Shown: positions 30,490 to 40,474, numbered from the stretch's first letter. The stretch is 49,763 bases of DNA from Oscillospiraceae bacterium (GCA_045531755.1 JAZSEP010000083.1:1-49763), one strand, 5' to 3'. Numbers and translations: made by a program. The notes: generated by a model from the letters alone, not told the origin.

Positions 30490-31431
30490 ATGATAGATAG
30501 ACCGAAGATAGATACTGCCGAACTCAAATCAGACGGCACCTATGGTAAATTTGTCGTAGAGCCTCTCGAGCGTGGCTTTGGCACAACGCTTGGAAATAGT
30601 TTAAGGCGCGTACTCCTCTCCTCGCTTCCCGGTGTAGCCGTAACATCTATCAAGATTGACGGCGTACAGCATGAGTTTTCAACAATTCCCGGAGTTAAAG
30701 AGGACATTACAGAGATAGTTCTCAATATCAAGGGACTCACCGCAAAGATTTACGGCGATGCTCCCAAGACAGTCTATATTGAAGCCGAGGGTGAAGGCGA
30801 AGTAACCGCAGGCTCCATCAAGGCTGATTCTGAGGTAGAGATACTCGACCCAAGCATGCACATTGCAACACTTGGAGCCGGTGCAAAGCTGGATATGGAG
30901 ATAACCATCGACAAAGGTCGTGGCTATGTATCCGCTGAACGCAACAAACAAAACCTTCAGTCAGCAATCGGTGTAATTCCTGTTGACAGTATTTACACAC
31001 CTGTATTGAAGGTAAACTATACCGTAGACAACACACGTGTCGGACAGATCACAGACTATGACAAGCTGACACTCGAAGTGTGGACAGACGGAACTATTTC
31101 CGCAAAGGAAGCAGTTTCTCTGGCAGCCAAGATCCTCAACGAACATCTCAACCTTTTCGTTGACCTTTCTGATGCAACATACACAGAACTTCTGGTCGAG
31201 ACAAAGGATGACTCCAAAGAGACCGTTCTTGAGATGACCATTGAAGAGCTTGACCTGTCTGTTCGTTCCTTCAACTGCTTGAAGAGAGCAGGCATCAATA
31301 CGGTAAAAGACCTTATAAGCAAGTCCGAGGACGAGATGATGAAAGTCAGAAACCTCGGAAAGAAATCACTTGAAGAAGTGAGAAATAAACTCATGTCATT
31401 GGGCTTCAGTCTTACATCAGACGAAGAATAA
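30490..31431 (+). CDS. rpoA: DNA-directed RNA polymerase subunit alpha
   Basis: [32 protein letters not shown]-terminal domain. C-terminal domain [17 protein letters not shown]. Confidence 0.98.
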   Translation: MIDRPKIDTAELKSDGTYGKFVVEPLERGFGTTLGNSLRRVLLSSLPGVAVTSIKIDGVQHEFSTIPGVKEDITEIVLNIKGLTAKIYGDAPKTVYIEAEGEGEVTAGSIKADSEVEILDPSMHIATLGAGAKLDMEITIDKGRGYVSAERNKQNLQSAIGVIPVDSIYTPVLKVNYTVDNTRVGQITDYDKLTLEVWTDGTISAKEAVSLAAKILNEHLNLFVDLSDATYTELLVETKDDSKETVLEMTIEELDLSVRSFNCLKRAGINTVKDLISKSEDEMMKVRNLGKKSLEEVRNKLMSLGFSLTSDEE

Positions 31432-31467
31432 GCCCTAAATTTCCAATAAGGTAAGGAGTGAATTTCG

Positions 31468-31809
31468 ATGCCAGGTACCAGAAAACTCGGAAGAGCTTCT
31501 GATAGCAGAAGAGCTATGCTCAGAGCTATGGTAACCTACCTTCTCGAAAACGGCAAGGTAGAGACCACAGTTACAAGAGCCAAAGAGGTAAGAGCAGTTG
31601 CCGAGAAGATGATTACAATCGGTAAACAAAACAATCTCCACTCCAAGCGTCAGGCACTCGCTTTCATTACAAAGGAGAGCGTTGTCAAGAAATTGTTCGA
31701 CGAGATATCCCCCAAGTATGCGGATGTTAACGGTGGTTACACACGCATCATCAAAAAGGGTCCCCGTCGCGGAGACGCTGCCGAGATGGCTATAATCGAA
31801 CTGATATAA
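31468..31809 (+). CDS. rplQ: 50S ribosomal protein L17
   Basis: [18 protein letters not shown] matches L17. Confidence 0.97.
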   Translation: MPGTRKLGRASDSRRAMLRAMVTYLLENGKVETTVTRAKEVRAVAEKMITIGKQNNLHSKRQALAFITKESVVKKLFDEISPKYADVNGGYTRIIKKGPRRGDAAEMAIIELI

Positions 31810-31822
31810 TCACGGCATAACT

Positions 31823-31860
31823 AAAAACCCGACCTTCATTTGAAGGTCGGGTTTTGCATT
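31823..31860. terminator. Bidirectional rho-independent terminator at the end of the alpha operon
   Basis: CCCGACCTTC/GAAGGTCGGG stem flanked by AAAAA upstream and TTTT downstream. Confidence 0.85.
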
Positions 31861-31863
31861 TTA

Positions 31864-31892
31864 ACCGCCCTGCTCGTTTTGAGCAGGGCGGT
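31864..31892. terminator. Second GC-rich hairpin between the convergent rplQ and acyltransferase genes
   Basis: ACCGCCCTGCTC/GAGCAGGGCGGT 12-bp stem, followed by TTTCT on the + strand. Confidence 0.6.
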
Positions 31893-31895
31893 TTC

Positions 31896-33149
31896 TCATA
31901 CCTTTGCAGGCTTTTTGGATTTTAGCTTGTACAGCTCCTCTGTTGCGAGAGAAAGCTTTGTCACCACGTTTTTCTTTGTGGGGTAGCAGTACAGCGAGTC
32001 ATCATCGGTGGAGATGTCCACGCAATCTTCGGGACGGACGTAGACGTAATCGTATTCAATATGAACACCGTACATTCCCAGAACGGGACGGTTGATTTCA
32101 AAATCTTCGCCGTTATAGTTGCCTGTAACGGTAAATCCGTCGTAGTTGTGCGTGAGCTTTCCTTTTCCAACGTGAATAAACTTCATCGGGTCGGTCAGCG
32201 AGAAGATGTCAACCTCGTCCTCAAAGCTGTACTGACCGCTCTCAACCTCTTTTTTGACACATTCTCTCTGCCATTCATACCAGTCGGGAATGTGCTCAAA
32301 TTCGGTGTTGCCGTCGTCTGCAACCAGCCTTCCGAAAGTGTCCATCTCCCATTCCTTGCCACAAGCTTCACAACGAATCTTGGTACCATTAGAGGTCATA
32401 TGCTCGGCATTACACTTCGGACACTTGTAGAGCACCTTGTGCAAGCCCTCTGCTCTGAATGGCTCGGTTATCTCGATTTTGTTTTCAAGTTGCCACCTGT
32501 ACTCGTCGTACTCCATCTCCTTGCGGATGATGGCGTTTATCTCATCGACCGATTTGGTTTTGACGTCCTCTTCGGTGAGAATCAGCTTCATAACGGTGTG
32601 AAGCGGAACCTTTCTCTTTCTCTCGTGGTCCCAGAACGGAGTGTGCAGGTAGTTTCCGTGATGCATCAAGGTCACAACGGGCACCCCCATAAGCTTAGCT
32701 AACTTTCCGATAGCATCGGGAAGAATAGCAGTCGTACCGATGGGGGAGTACCTCGCCTCAGGGTACATACTGAGAACGCTTTTGTGTTTCACAAGACAGT
32801 GCTTTATGGAACGAATCAGCGCAAGATCGTTTGTGAACTTCCTCTTGCAGATGCAACCGATAAGCTCCATCAAAAGCGGTCTGCGGTAGTATCCGTCAAT
32901 CGTCGCAACGTTGTTTACCGAGTGGGGAAATGTTGCAATCGCGTTGAGATAAAAGTCGGTAAAATACATGTGATTTGACAGTAGAATATACGGGGTCTTC
33001 AACCCCTTGACACCGATTTTTTCGATTTTGTATTTCTTGCCCATCATACAGATAAGACTCAAAAACCAAATCAAAAAGGTGAAAACAAATGTCTGCTTCA
33101 GCGGTTTTTTCTTGGTATTGTATGGTTTTACGTTATAATTTATCTTCAT
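31896..33149 (-). CDS. PlsC-family (lysophospholipid) acyltransferase with an internal zinc ribbon and a C-terminal domain of unknown function
   Basis: HX4D motif (NHMYFTD) and a PEARYS block after an N-terminal TM segment. CPKCNAEH...CEACGKEW. ATG at 33149 follows a GAGGTGG RBS. Confidence 0.75.
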   Translation of the reverse strand: MKINYNVKPYNTKKKPLKQTFVFTFLIWFLSLICMMGKKYKIEKIGVKGLKTPYILLSNHMYFTDFYLNAIATFPHSVNNVATIDGYYRRPLLMELIGCICKRKFTNDLALIRSIKHCLVKHKSVLSMYPEARYSPIGTTAILPDAIGKLAKLMGVPVVTLMHHGNYLHTPFWDHERKRKVPLHTVMKLILTEEDVKTKSVDEINAIIRKEMEYDEYRWQLENKIEITEPFRAEGLHKVLYKCPKCNAEHMTSNGTKIRCEACGKEWEMDTFGRLVADDGNTEFEHIPDWYEWQRECVKKEVESGQYSFEDEVDIFSLTDPMKFIHVGKGKLTHNYDGFTVTGNYNGEDFEINRPVLGMYGVHIEYDYVYVRPEDCVDISTDDDSLYCYPTKKNVVTKLSLATEELYKLKSKKPAKV

Positions 33150-33247
33150 AATCCACCTCACTCGATTAACATTCTAACATAAAACAAACGACTATGCAAT
33201 GCTTTCCAAAATTTGTAGAAAATATGAATAATTTGTAAAAATTACCC

Positions 33248-33276
33248 TTGAATTACAAGCACCGTTGTGCTATCAT
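33248..33276 (+). promoter_or_regulatory. Sigma-A-type promoter for the nucleobase permease gene
   Basis: TTGAAT (33248-33253), 17-nt spacer, TGc-TATCAT (33271-33276). Confidence 0.55.
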
Positions 33277-33328
33277 AGGAGGTAGAGATTTAGACCCTAT
33301 CGAAAAAATTTTTATCGGAGGACGTATT

Positions 33329-34702
33329 ATGAATCTTATCTACAATGTCAAAGACAAACCCAAGTTCCCGCAGATGATAGTATTTGCTATTCAGCAGTTA
33401 CTTGCTATCATGGCTGCAACAATCGCAGTTCCCGCAATCGTCGGTAACGGTATGACCGCTTCTGCAGCTCTCTTCGGCGCAGGCGTCGGTACACTCGTTT
33501 ACCAGCTTTTCACAAAGTTTAAAAGCCCCGTTTTCCTTGGCTCTTCCTTCGCGTTCATTGGCTCAATGTTCGCAGCATTCGGCGGAGCAGCATCTATGCA
33601 GCTCGGCTATCTCGGCCTCATCATCGGTGCTTTGATTGCAGGTCTTGTATATGTAATTATCGCTATCATAATCAAAATTGCAGGCGTTAAGTGGATCAAT
33701 AAGCTTATGCCTCCCGTTGTTATAGGTCCCACAGTTGCCCTCATCGGTCTTTCTCTTGCAGGCGCAGCTGTTAAGGACGTTTTCTCCTACGGTCCTCAGG
33801 ATTCCAACGGCTCGTTCATTATGACAACAAACATCTGGGTTTCCTTCATCTGTGCTCTCGTAACACTTGCAGTAGTTGTTCTCTGCTCTGTATACGGCAA
33901 GAAGATGGTAAAGCTCATTCCTTTCATTATCGGTATCCTCGCAGGATATGCAGTTGGCTTGATCTTCACCCTCATCGGTATCGCTACAAACAATCCTGCT
34001 CTTATGGTAATCGACTTTACTCCTTTCAAGGCACTCGTTGCTGACGGAGTAGGCGTGCAGACCTTTGTTGCACTTCCCGAGTTCACCTTCCTTACTGCTA
34101 TCGACGGCCTTAAGGAATTCAGCTGGAGCTACGTTGCAACCGTTGCAGTAGCATACGCTCCCGTTGCATTCGTTGTATTTGCTGAGCACATCGCTGACCA
34201 TAAAAACCTTTCCTCTATCATCGAGCAAGACCTTCTCGAAGAGCCCGGTCTCCACAGAACTCTTCTCGGTGACGGTGTTGGTTCCTTCGTTGGCGCAGTT
34301 TTCGGCGGATGCCCCAACACAACCTACGGCGAGTCTGTCGGTTGCGTAGCTATCACAAGAAACGCATCTGTTGTAACCATCACAACAACTGCAATTCTTG
34401 CAATACTCGTATCCTTCGTATCTCCCTTCGTAGCATTCCTTGATTCCATCCCCGGCTGCGTAATGGGCGGTGTATGTATCACCCTCTACGGCTTCATCGC
34501 TGTATCCGGACTCAAGATGATTCAGAAGGTGGACCTTGAGGACAACAGAAACCTCTTCACAGCATCCGTTATCCTCATCTGCGGTATCGGCGGAATGGCA
34601 CTTGCTATCGGTAAGGTAACAATTACCGCTATCGCTTGCGCACTCATTCTCGGTATCCTCACAAACCTTATGCTTAAGGGCAAAAAGGGCGACGCTGAAT
34701 AA
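33329..34702 (+). CDS. NCS2-family nucleobase (uracil/xanthine) permease
   Basis: Polytopic membrane protein with the NCS2 signature context (TTYGESVGCVAITRN). ATG at 33329 follows GGAGG. Confidence 0.85.
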   Translation: MNLIYNVKDKPKFPQMIVFAIQQLLAIMAATIAVPAIVGNGMTASAALFGAGVGTLVYQLFTKFKSPVFLGSSFAFIGSMFAAFGGAASMQLGYLGLIIGALIAGLVYVIIAIIIKIAGVKWINKLMPPVVIGPTVALIGLSLAGAAVKDVFSYGPQDSNGSFIMTTNIWVSFICALVTLAVVVLCSVYGKKMVKLIPFIIGILAGYAVGLIFTLIGIATNNPALMVIDFTPFKALVADGVGVQTFVALPEFTFLTAIDGLKEFSWSYVATVAVAYAPVAFVVFAEHIADHKNLSSIIEQDLLEEPGLHRTLLGDGVGSFVGAVFGGCPNTTYGESVGCVAITRNASVVTITTTAILAILVSFVSPFVAFLDSIPGCVMGGVCITLYGFIAVSGLKMIQKVDLEDNRNLFTASVILICGIGGMALAIGKVTITAIACALILGILTNLMLKGKKGDAE

Positions 34703-34713
34703 TCAATAATTCC

Positions 34714-34759
34714 CTTTCGCCGCACGGCAAAAACCGTGCGGCGAAAGATGCTGTTTTTG
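34714..34759 (+). terminator. Terminator after the permease gene
   Basis: 14-bp stem CTTTCGCCGCACGG/CCGTGCGGCGAAAG. The T-run (TGTTTTT) is displaced by 6 nt. Confidence 0.7.
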
Positions 34760-34772
34760 TACAATATCACAC

Positions 34773-34801
34773 TTGACATTAAAGTACCGGTGTGGTAAGA
34801 T
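34773..34801 (+). promoter_or_regulatory. Sigma-A-type promoter for xpt
   Basis: TTGACA (34773-34778), 17-nt spacer, TGg-TAAGAT (34796-34801). Confidence 0.65.
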
Positions 34802-34893
34802 TTATTCATCGGAATTTGTCGCATAAGAGTGCGAAGTAACAATTTTCGCACAGGTAATTTTTTACCTGTCTTTTTGTTTTTTTGGAGAATTTT

Positions 34894-35469
34894 ATGAAGA
34901 AGCTTGAAGAAAAAATCGTGCGCGAGGGCAAGGTTTATCCCGGTAACGTCCTTAAGGTAGGAAACTTCTTAAATCATCAGATAGACACCGTGTTTCTCAA
35001 GGAGATGTGCGAGGAAATGGTGCGCCTGTATAAAGACGCAGGTGTCAACAAGGTTCTCACTGTTGAATCCTCGGGTATCGCGATAGCCGCAGTGGTTGCA
35101 ATGATGATGGAGGTTCCCCTCGTTTTTGCAAAGAAGAATAAATCGAGCAACATTTCTTCCGAGCTCTACTGTGCCGTTGTTCACTCCTTCACTCACAACT
35201 CCGATTTTAACGTCGTAGTTGAGAAGGATTACATCAACAAAGGTGATAGAATACTCATAGTAGACGACTTCTTGGCAGTCGGCAATGCCGTTTCGGGACT
35301 TGTTGATATAGTTCACCAGGCGGGCGCAGAGGTTGTCGGTGTTACAGTTGCTATCGAAAAAGGCTTTCAGGGCGGAGGCGACCATCTCAGAGAGATCGGA
35401 ATCCGCGTAGACTCCATGGCAATCGTCGATAGCATGGAAGACGGAGTTATAAAATTCCGTGAGCAATAA
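34894..35469 (+). CDS. xpt: Xanthine phosphoribosyltransferase
   Basis: Close resemblance along its length to the Bacillus Xpt pattern (VLKVxxFLNHQID, ESSGIA, LIVDDFLAxG, IEKxFQ). Confidence 0.93.
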   Translation: MKKLEEKIVREGKVYPGNVLKVGNFLNHQIDTVFLKEMCEEMVRLYKDAGVNKVLTVESSGIAIAAVVAMMMEVPLVFAKKNKSSNISSELYCAVVHSFTHNSDFNVVVEKDYINKGDRILIVDDFLAVGNAVSGLVDIVHQAGAEVVGVTVAIEKGFQGGGDHLREIGIRVDSMAIVDSMEDGVIKFREQ

Positions 35470-35520
35470 TCGGTTATAAAAATTATAATAAATTGCCCTA
35501 CGGGGCGAGGAGGAAAAATT

Positions 35521-36714
35521 ATGAAAAAAGTTTTGGCACTTGCACTCGTACTTTGTATGGTGCTCGGACTTGCAGCTTGCGGCGGCAACACAGATACCGA
35601 CGATAAGCTCAAGGTTGGTTTCATCTTCTTGCACGATGAGCAGTCCACCTATGACAAAAACTTCATGGATGCAGCAAAGGCTGCTTGTGAAGCTATGGGT
35701 GTTGAGTATGCTCAGAAGACCCAGATTCCTGAGTCTAAGGATTGCTATGATGCAGCTGTAGAGCTCATCGAGGTTGACGGATGCGATATCATCTTCGCTG
35801 ACTCCTTCGGTCATGAGTCCTTCCTCATCGACGCTGCAAAGAAGTATCCCGACGTACAGTTCTGCCACGCTACAGGTACACAGGCTCACACAGCTGGTGT
35901 AGCTAACTTCCACAACGCTTTCGCTTCTATCTATGAAGGCAGATACCTCGCAGGCGTTGCAGCAGGACTCAAGCTCAACGAAATGATCAACTCCGGCAAA
36001 ATCACAGCTGAGCAGGCTAAGATGGGCTATGTTGGCGCGTTCACATTTGCAGAGGTTATGTCCGGTTACACATCCTTCTACCTTGGCGCAAAATCCGTTT
36101 GCCCCACAGTAACAATGGACGTTAAGTTCACAGGTTCCTGGTATGACGAGCAGGCAGAGAAGGAAGCAGCACAGGCTCTTATCGCCGGCGGTTGCGTACT
36201 CATTTCTCAGCACGCTGACTCCATGGGCGCTCCTACAGCTTGTGAGACCGCAGGCGTTCCCAACGTTTCCTACAACGGTTCCACAGTAGCAGCTTGCCCC
36301 AACACCTTCATCGTTTCTTCCAGAATCGACTGGACACCCTACTTCAAGTATATGATCGAATGTGTACAGAAGGGCGAAGAGATCGCTACTGACTACACAG
36401 GTACAATCGAGACAGGCTCCGTTGTTCTCACAGACATCAACGACAAGGCTGCAGCAGCCGGCACAGCTGATAAGATTGCTGAAGTTAAGGCTAAGCTTCT
36501 TGACGGCACACTCAACGTATTTGATACAGCTAACTGGACAGTTAAGGGCGAGAAGCTCACTTCCTATATGGCTGACGTTGATACAGATGCAAACTTCGAG
36601 AAGGACACAGAGGCTATCGAGGGCGGCGTATTCTACGAGTCCAAGCACCGTTCTGCTCCTTACTTCGACGTTGAAATCGACGGCATCAATCTTCTTGACA
36701 GAAACTACGGCTAA
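35521..36714 (+). CDS. BMP-family (PnrA-like) nucleoside-binding lipoprotein of an ABC transporter
   Basis: Lipobox LGLAACGG. BMP family pattern. Followed by CUT2-type ATPase and permease genes. Confidence 0.85.
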   Translation: MKKVLALALVLCMVLGLAACGGNTDTDDKLKVGFIFLHDEQSTYDKNFMDAAKAACEAMGVEYAQKTQIPESKDCYDAAVELIEVDGCDIIFADSFGHESFLIDAAKKYPDVQFCHATGTQAHTAGVANFHNAFASIYEGRYLAGVAAGLKLNEMINSGKITAEQAKMGYVGAFTFAEVMSGYTSFYLGAKSVCPTVTMDVKFTGSWYDEQAEKEAAQALIAGGCVLISQHADSMGAPTACETAGVPNVSYNGSTVAACPNTFIVSSRIDWTPYFKYMIECVQKGEEIATDYTGTIETGSVVLTDINDKAAAAGTADKIAEVKAKLLDGTLNVFDTANWTVKGEKLTSYMADVDTDANFEKDTEAIEGGVFYESKHRSAPYFDVEIDGINLLDRNYG

Positions 36715-36728
36715 TACCTGAATTTATG

Positions 36729-36758
36729 TCAGAGGCGAGAGATTCCTCTCGCCTCTGA
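36729..36758 (+). terminator. Intercistronic 13-bp hairpin after the binding-protein gene (partial terminator or mRNA stabiliser)
   Basis: TCAGAGGCGAGAG/CTCTCGCCTCTGA, loop ATTC, followed by TAACTAATTTT. Confidence 0.6.
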
Positions 36759-36831
36759 TAACTAATTTTGAAGAAATCGCTAAACGACGGTTTAACGCTT
36801 TCTTGAGGATTAAAGAGAACGGAGGTTTATC

Positions 36832-38376
36832 GTGAATAAACAACCTGCTATTGAACTGAAAAATATAACGAAAAAATTCGGCAAGGTGGTTGCCAATAAA
36901 AACGTTAATCTTACCGCATACCGTGGTGAGATTCTTTCCATTTTGGGAGAGAACGGAAGCGGAAAGACCACCCTCATGAATATGATTTCGGGCATCTATT
37001 TTCCCGACGAGGGAGAGATTTACATCGACGGAAAAGAGGCGGTAATCACCTCTCCCAAGGATGCGTTTGACTATAAGATTGGTATGATACATCAGCACTT
37101 CAAGCTTGTTGATGTGTTCAGTGCTGCGGAAAATATCGTACTTGGAATAGAGGATGGAAAATACAATCTCAAAAATTCCACGGAAGAAATCAAAAAGATA
37201 AGTGAGCAGTACGGATTTGACCTCCTTCCCGAAAAGAAGATTTACACGATGGCAGTTTCCGAGAAACAGACCGTTGAAATTATAAAGGTGCTCTATCGAG
37301 GAGCTGATATCCTCATCCTTGACGAGCCTACCGCCGTTTTGACCCCTCAGGAAACAGAAAAGCTCTTCGACATTCTCCGCCGTATGCGCGACGACGGCAA
37401 ATGTATCATAATAATCACCCATAAGCTTCACGAGGTTCTTTCTCTTTCCGACAGAGTATCCGTACTTCGTAAGGGTGAGTATATCGGCACGGTAAATACC
37501 GCAGAAACTAACGAAACCGAGCTCACCGAAATGATGGTGGGTAAAAAAGTTGACCTCAATATCGAAAGAAACGAGCCCAAGAACCCTACAGACCGACTCG
37601 TTGTCAACGGAATCACCTGTGTTGACAGACTCGGCGCGACCGTTCTTGACGATATCTCGTTCACCGCAAAGGGCGGAGAAATCTTGGGTATTGCAGGTAT
37701 TGCAGGAAGCGGACAGAGAGAGCTACTCGAATCCATCGCAGGACTTCAGCGCTTGCAGTCGGGCGAGATTATGTACCACAACCCCAAAACCGATAAAATC
37801 GAAAACCTTCGCGATAAAACCCCGATGCAGATCAGAAATATGGGTGTTCGCCTTTCCTTCGTTCCCGAGGACAGACTCGGAATGGGACTTGTCGGAAATA
37901 TGGACATCGTTGACAATATGATGCTCAGAAGCTACAGAAAGGGCCACTCGCTCTTCCTTAAACGCAAAAAGCCCAAGGATCTGGCTGAAAAGATTATCCA
38001 CGACCTCGAGGTAGTAACCCCGAGCGCATCCACCCCCGTAAGACGTCTTTCGGGCGGTAACGTACAGAAGGTGCTTGTCGGACGTGAAATTGCTTCCTCA
38101 CCAACAGTTTTGATGGTTGCATATCCCGTCCGCGGACTTGACATCAACTCGTCGTATATGATTTATAACCTTCTCAATCAGCAGAAGGAAAAGGGAGTCG
38201 CTATCATCTTCGTCGGCGAAGACCTCGACGTTCTTCTCGAGCTCTGTGACAGAATTATGGTCATCGGATCGGGCAGAGTTACGGGCATAGTCGACGGCAG
38301 AACCGCAACCAAAGAAGAAATCGGTCTCCTTATGACAAAATCCAAGACAGAAGGAAAGGAGAATGACAATGGCTAA
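36832..38376 (+). CDS. ABC transporter ATP-binding protein, duplicated ATPase (CUT2 nucleoside/sugar type)
   Basis: Two NBDs: Walker A GENGSGKTT and GIAGSGQRE. Signature motifs VSEKQ and LSGGNVQK. Confidence 0.92.
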   Translation: MNKQPAIELKNITKKFGKVVANKNVNLTAYRGEILSILGENGSGKTTLMNMISGIYFPDEGEIYIDGKEAVITSPKDAFDYKIGMIHQHFKLVDVFSAAENIVLGIEDGKYNLKNSTEEIKKISEQYGFDLLPEKKIYTMAVSEKQTVEIIKVLYRGADILILDEPTAVLTPQETEKLFDILRRMRDDGKCIIIITHKLHEVLSLSDRVSVLRKGEYIGTVNTAETNETELTEMMVGKKVDLNIERNEPKNPTDRLVVNGITCVDRLGATVLDDISFTAKGGEILGIAGIAGSGQRELLESIAGLQRLQSGEIMYHNPKTDKIENLRDKTPMQIRNMGVRLSFVPEDRLGMGLVGNMDIVDNMMLRSYRKGHSLFLKRKKPKDLAEKIIHDLEVVTPSASTPVRRLSGGNVQKVLVGREIASSPTVLMVAYPVRGLDINSSYMIYNLLNQQKEKGVAIIFVGEDLDVLLELCDRIMVIGSGRVTGIVDGRTATKEEIGLLMTKSKTEGKENDNG

Positions 38377-39484
38377 AACAGCTGTCAGAGCGCACCACGA
38401 ACCGCTTTTCCACGTTGTAAAGCGTGACGATATGCCTGCATGGGCAGCGTGGCTCATTCGTGTGGCAACAATTCTTTTGGGATTTGTTGTTGTCGGTATC
38501 CTTTCTATGCTGGTAACAGGTAGCGGCTTCGGAGATACCTATGCAATAATGTTCAAGGGTGTCTTCGGAACACTTTTCACAAACGGCAGAACTATGATGC
38601 TTTGGAAGTATCTGCAGGAGATAGCAATACTCCTTTGCCTCGCCCTCGCACTCACACCTGCGTTCAAGATGAAATTCTGGAACTGCGGTGCTGAAGGGCA
38701 GGCACTCATGGGAGGACTTGCATCGATATACTGTATGATAGAATTCGGCGATAAGCTTCCTTATCCCGTTCTGATTGCGGTAATCGTTGTTACGAGTATC
38801 CTCGCAGGTGCGGTATGGGGCGTAATCCCTGCTATTTTCAAGGCGCTGTTTAATACAAACGAAACCCTCTTCACCCTTATGATGAACTATATCGCGACAC
38901 AGATAATCGCATACTACGTCTACATCGAGGGCGGCGGCTCAAACGTAATCAATCCGGTTAGTTACGGCAACTTCCCTGCAGTAGGAAATAACGACTACTT
39001 TGTAAATATCGTAACTGTCGCAGGTATTACCGTGCTTATGTATGTATACCTCAGATTCAGCAAACAAGGCTATGAAATCTCGGTAGTCGGTGAAAGCCAG
39101 AATACCGCAAGATATATCGGTATCAACGTCAAGAAGGTAATCGTCCGCACTATGATAATTTCGGGTGCTTTGTGCGGTGTGGCAGGTATGCTTCTCGTAG
39201 CAGGTAAGGACCACAGCATCAACACAAAGCTGGTTGGCGGACAGGGCTTCACGGCAATCCTCATCTCCTGGCTCGGTCAGTTCAACCCCTTCATAATGGT
39301 GGTTATGACCGCTGTCGTGGTCTTCCTCAACATAGGCGTTTCGAAGGTTGCGGACACCGCATACCTCAACTCATCATTCTCCGAGATTATCGTCGGTATC
39401 GTAATTCTGATGCTCGTCGGATGTGAGTTCTTTATCCACTATTCCATCAAATTCCGCCACAACAAAAAGGAGGTTAAAGCATGA
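38363..39484 (+). CDS. ABC transporter permease (nucleoside/simple sugar type)
   Basis: Polytopic membrane protein overlapping the ATPase stop. Confidence 0.88.
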   Translation: MTMAKTAVRAHHEPLFHVVKRDDMPAWAAWLIRVATILLGFVVVGILSMLVTGSGFGDTYAIMFKGVFGTLFTNGRTMMLWKYLQEIAILLCLALALTPAFKMKFWNCGAEGQALMGGLASIYCMIEFGDKLPYPVLIAVIVVTSILAGAVWGVIPAIFKALFNTNETLFTLMMNYIATQIIAYYVYIEGGGSNVINPVSYGNFPAVGNNDYFVNIVTVAGITVLMYVYLRFSKQGYEISVVGESQNTARYIGINVKKVIVRTMIISGALCGVAGMLLVAGKDHSINTKLVGGQGFTAILISWLGQFNPFIMVVMTAVVVFLNIGVSKVADTAYLNSSFSEIIVGIVILMLVGCEFFIHYSIKFRHNKKEVKA

Positions 39485-40470
39485 TTATACAGTTTATCTG
39501 CCGTGCAATACTCCTTGGCGTTCCGCTTCTTTACGGTTCGACGGGCGAAATTCTGACAGAAAAATCCGGACACCTAAACCTCGGAATCCCCGGAACGATG
39601 TACGTTGGTGCCATCAGCGGTGTCGTCGGAGCGTTTTTGTATGAGAACGCTTGCGGAAACAACGTCGATAATATGAACCCCGTGCTTGCGGTTCTCATAC
39701 CGCTTCTCTGCGCAATCGCAGGTTCAATGCTCATGGGTCTTATCTACTGTTTCCTGACCGTAACTCTCCACGCTAATCAGAACGTTACTGGTCTTGCACT
39801 CACCACACTCGGTGTCGGACTCGGTAACTTCCTCGGAGCTTCGCTCATAAGCATCACAAAGAGTGAGCTTCCTTCCATCGCCCTCACAAAGACAAGCTCC
39901 TTCTTCACGGTTAAGCTTCCCTTTGCGGACGATTTAGGATGGTTCGGACAGCTGTTTTTCTCCCACGACTTTATGACCTACCTTGCAATAGCAATCGCAA
40001 TCGTTATGACCTTTGTGCTCAATCGCACAAGAGTAGGACTCAATCTCCGCTCTGTCGGCGAGAACCCTGCAACAGCAGACGCCGCAGGCATAAACGTTGC
40101 AAGATACAGATACGTTGCTACCTGTATCGGTAGTGCCATCGCAGGACTCGGCGGACTTCAGTACGTTATGTCCTATGCTACGGGCGTTTGGTCGAATAAC
40201 GCCTTCGGCGATAGAGGATGGATGGCAATCGCACTTGTTATCTTCGCGCTTTGGAAGCCCTCTATGGCTATAGTCGGCGCATTCCTCTTCGGTGCTCTCT
40301 GCAATGCGAATAACTATATTCAGGGACTCGGCACCGAAACACAGGAGCTCTTCAAGATGCTTCCCTACGTGGTAACCATCGTCGTGCTTGTAATCACAAG
40401 TATGCGTAAAAAGAGAGAGCATCAGCCTCCTCAAAGCCTTGGAGTTAACTACTTCAGAGAAGAAAGATAA
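39481..40470 (+). CDS. ABC transporter permease (second subunit)
   Basis: ATGA overlap with the preceding permease. Polytopic membrane protein. Confidence 0.88.
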   Translation: MIIQFICRAILLGVPLLYGSTGEILTEKSGHLNLGIPGTMYVGAISGVVGAFLYENACGNNVDNMNPVLAVLIPLLCAIAGSMLMGLIYCFLTVTLHANQNVTGLALTTLGVGLGNFLGASLISITKSELPSIALTKTSSFFTVKLPFADDLGWFGQLFFSHDFMTYLAIAIAIVMTFVLNRTRVGLNLRSVGENPATADAAGINVARYRYVATCIGSAIAGLGGLQYVMSYATGVWSNNAFGDRGWMAIALVIFALWKPSMAIVGAFLFGALCNANNYIQGLGTETQELFKMLPYVVTIVVLVITSMRKKREHQPPQSLGVNYFREER

Positions 40471-40474
40471 AATT

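Noticed and set aside
33277-33328. Purine riboswitch upstream of the nucleobase permease
   Set aside because: The predicted leader is only ~45 nt and lacks all purine-aptamer conserved blocks. It holds only a weak A/T hairpin.
34969-36648. 559-aa ORF on the minus strand spanning xpt and the BMP lipoprotein gene
   Set aside because: It lies entirely antisense to two confidently identified genes. The translation is Cys/Val/Ser-rich and low in complexity, with no RBS or family motif. It behaves as a shadow ORF kept open by the codon bias of the sense genes.
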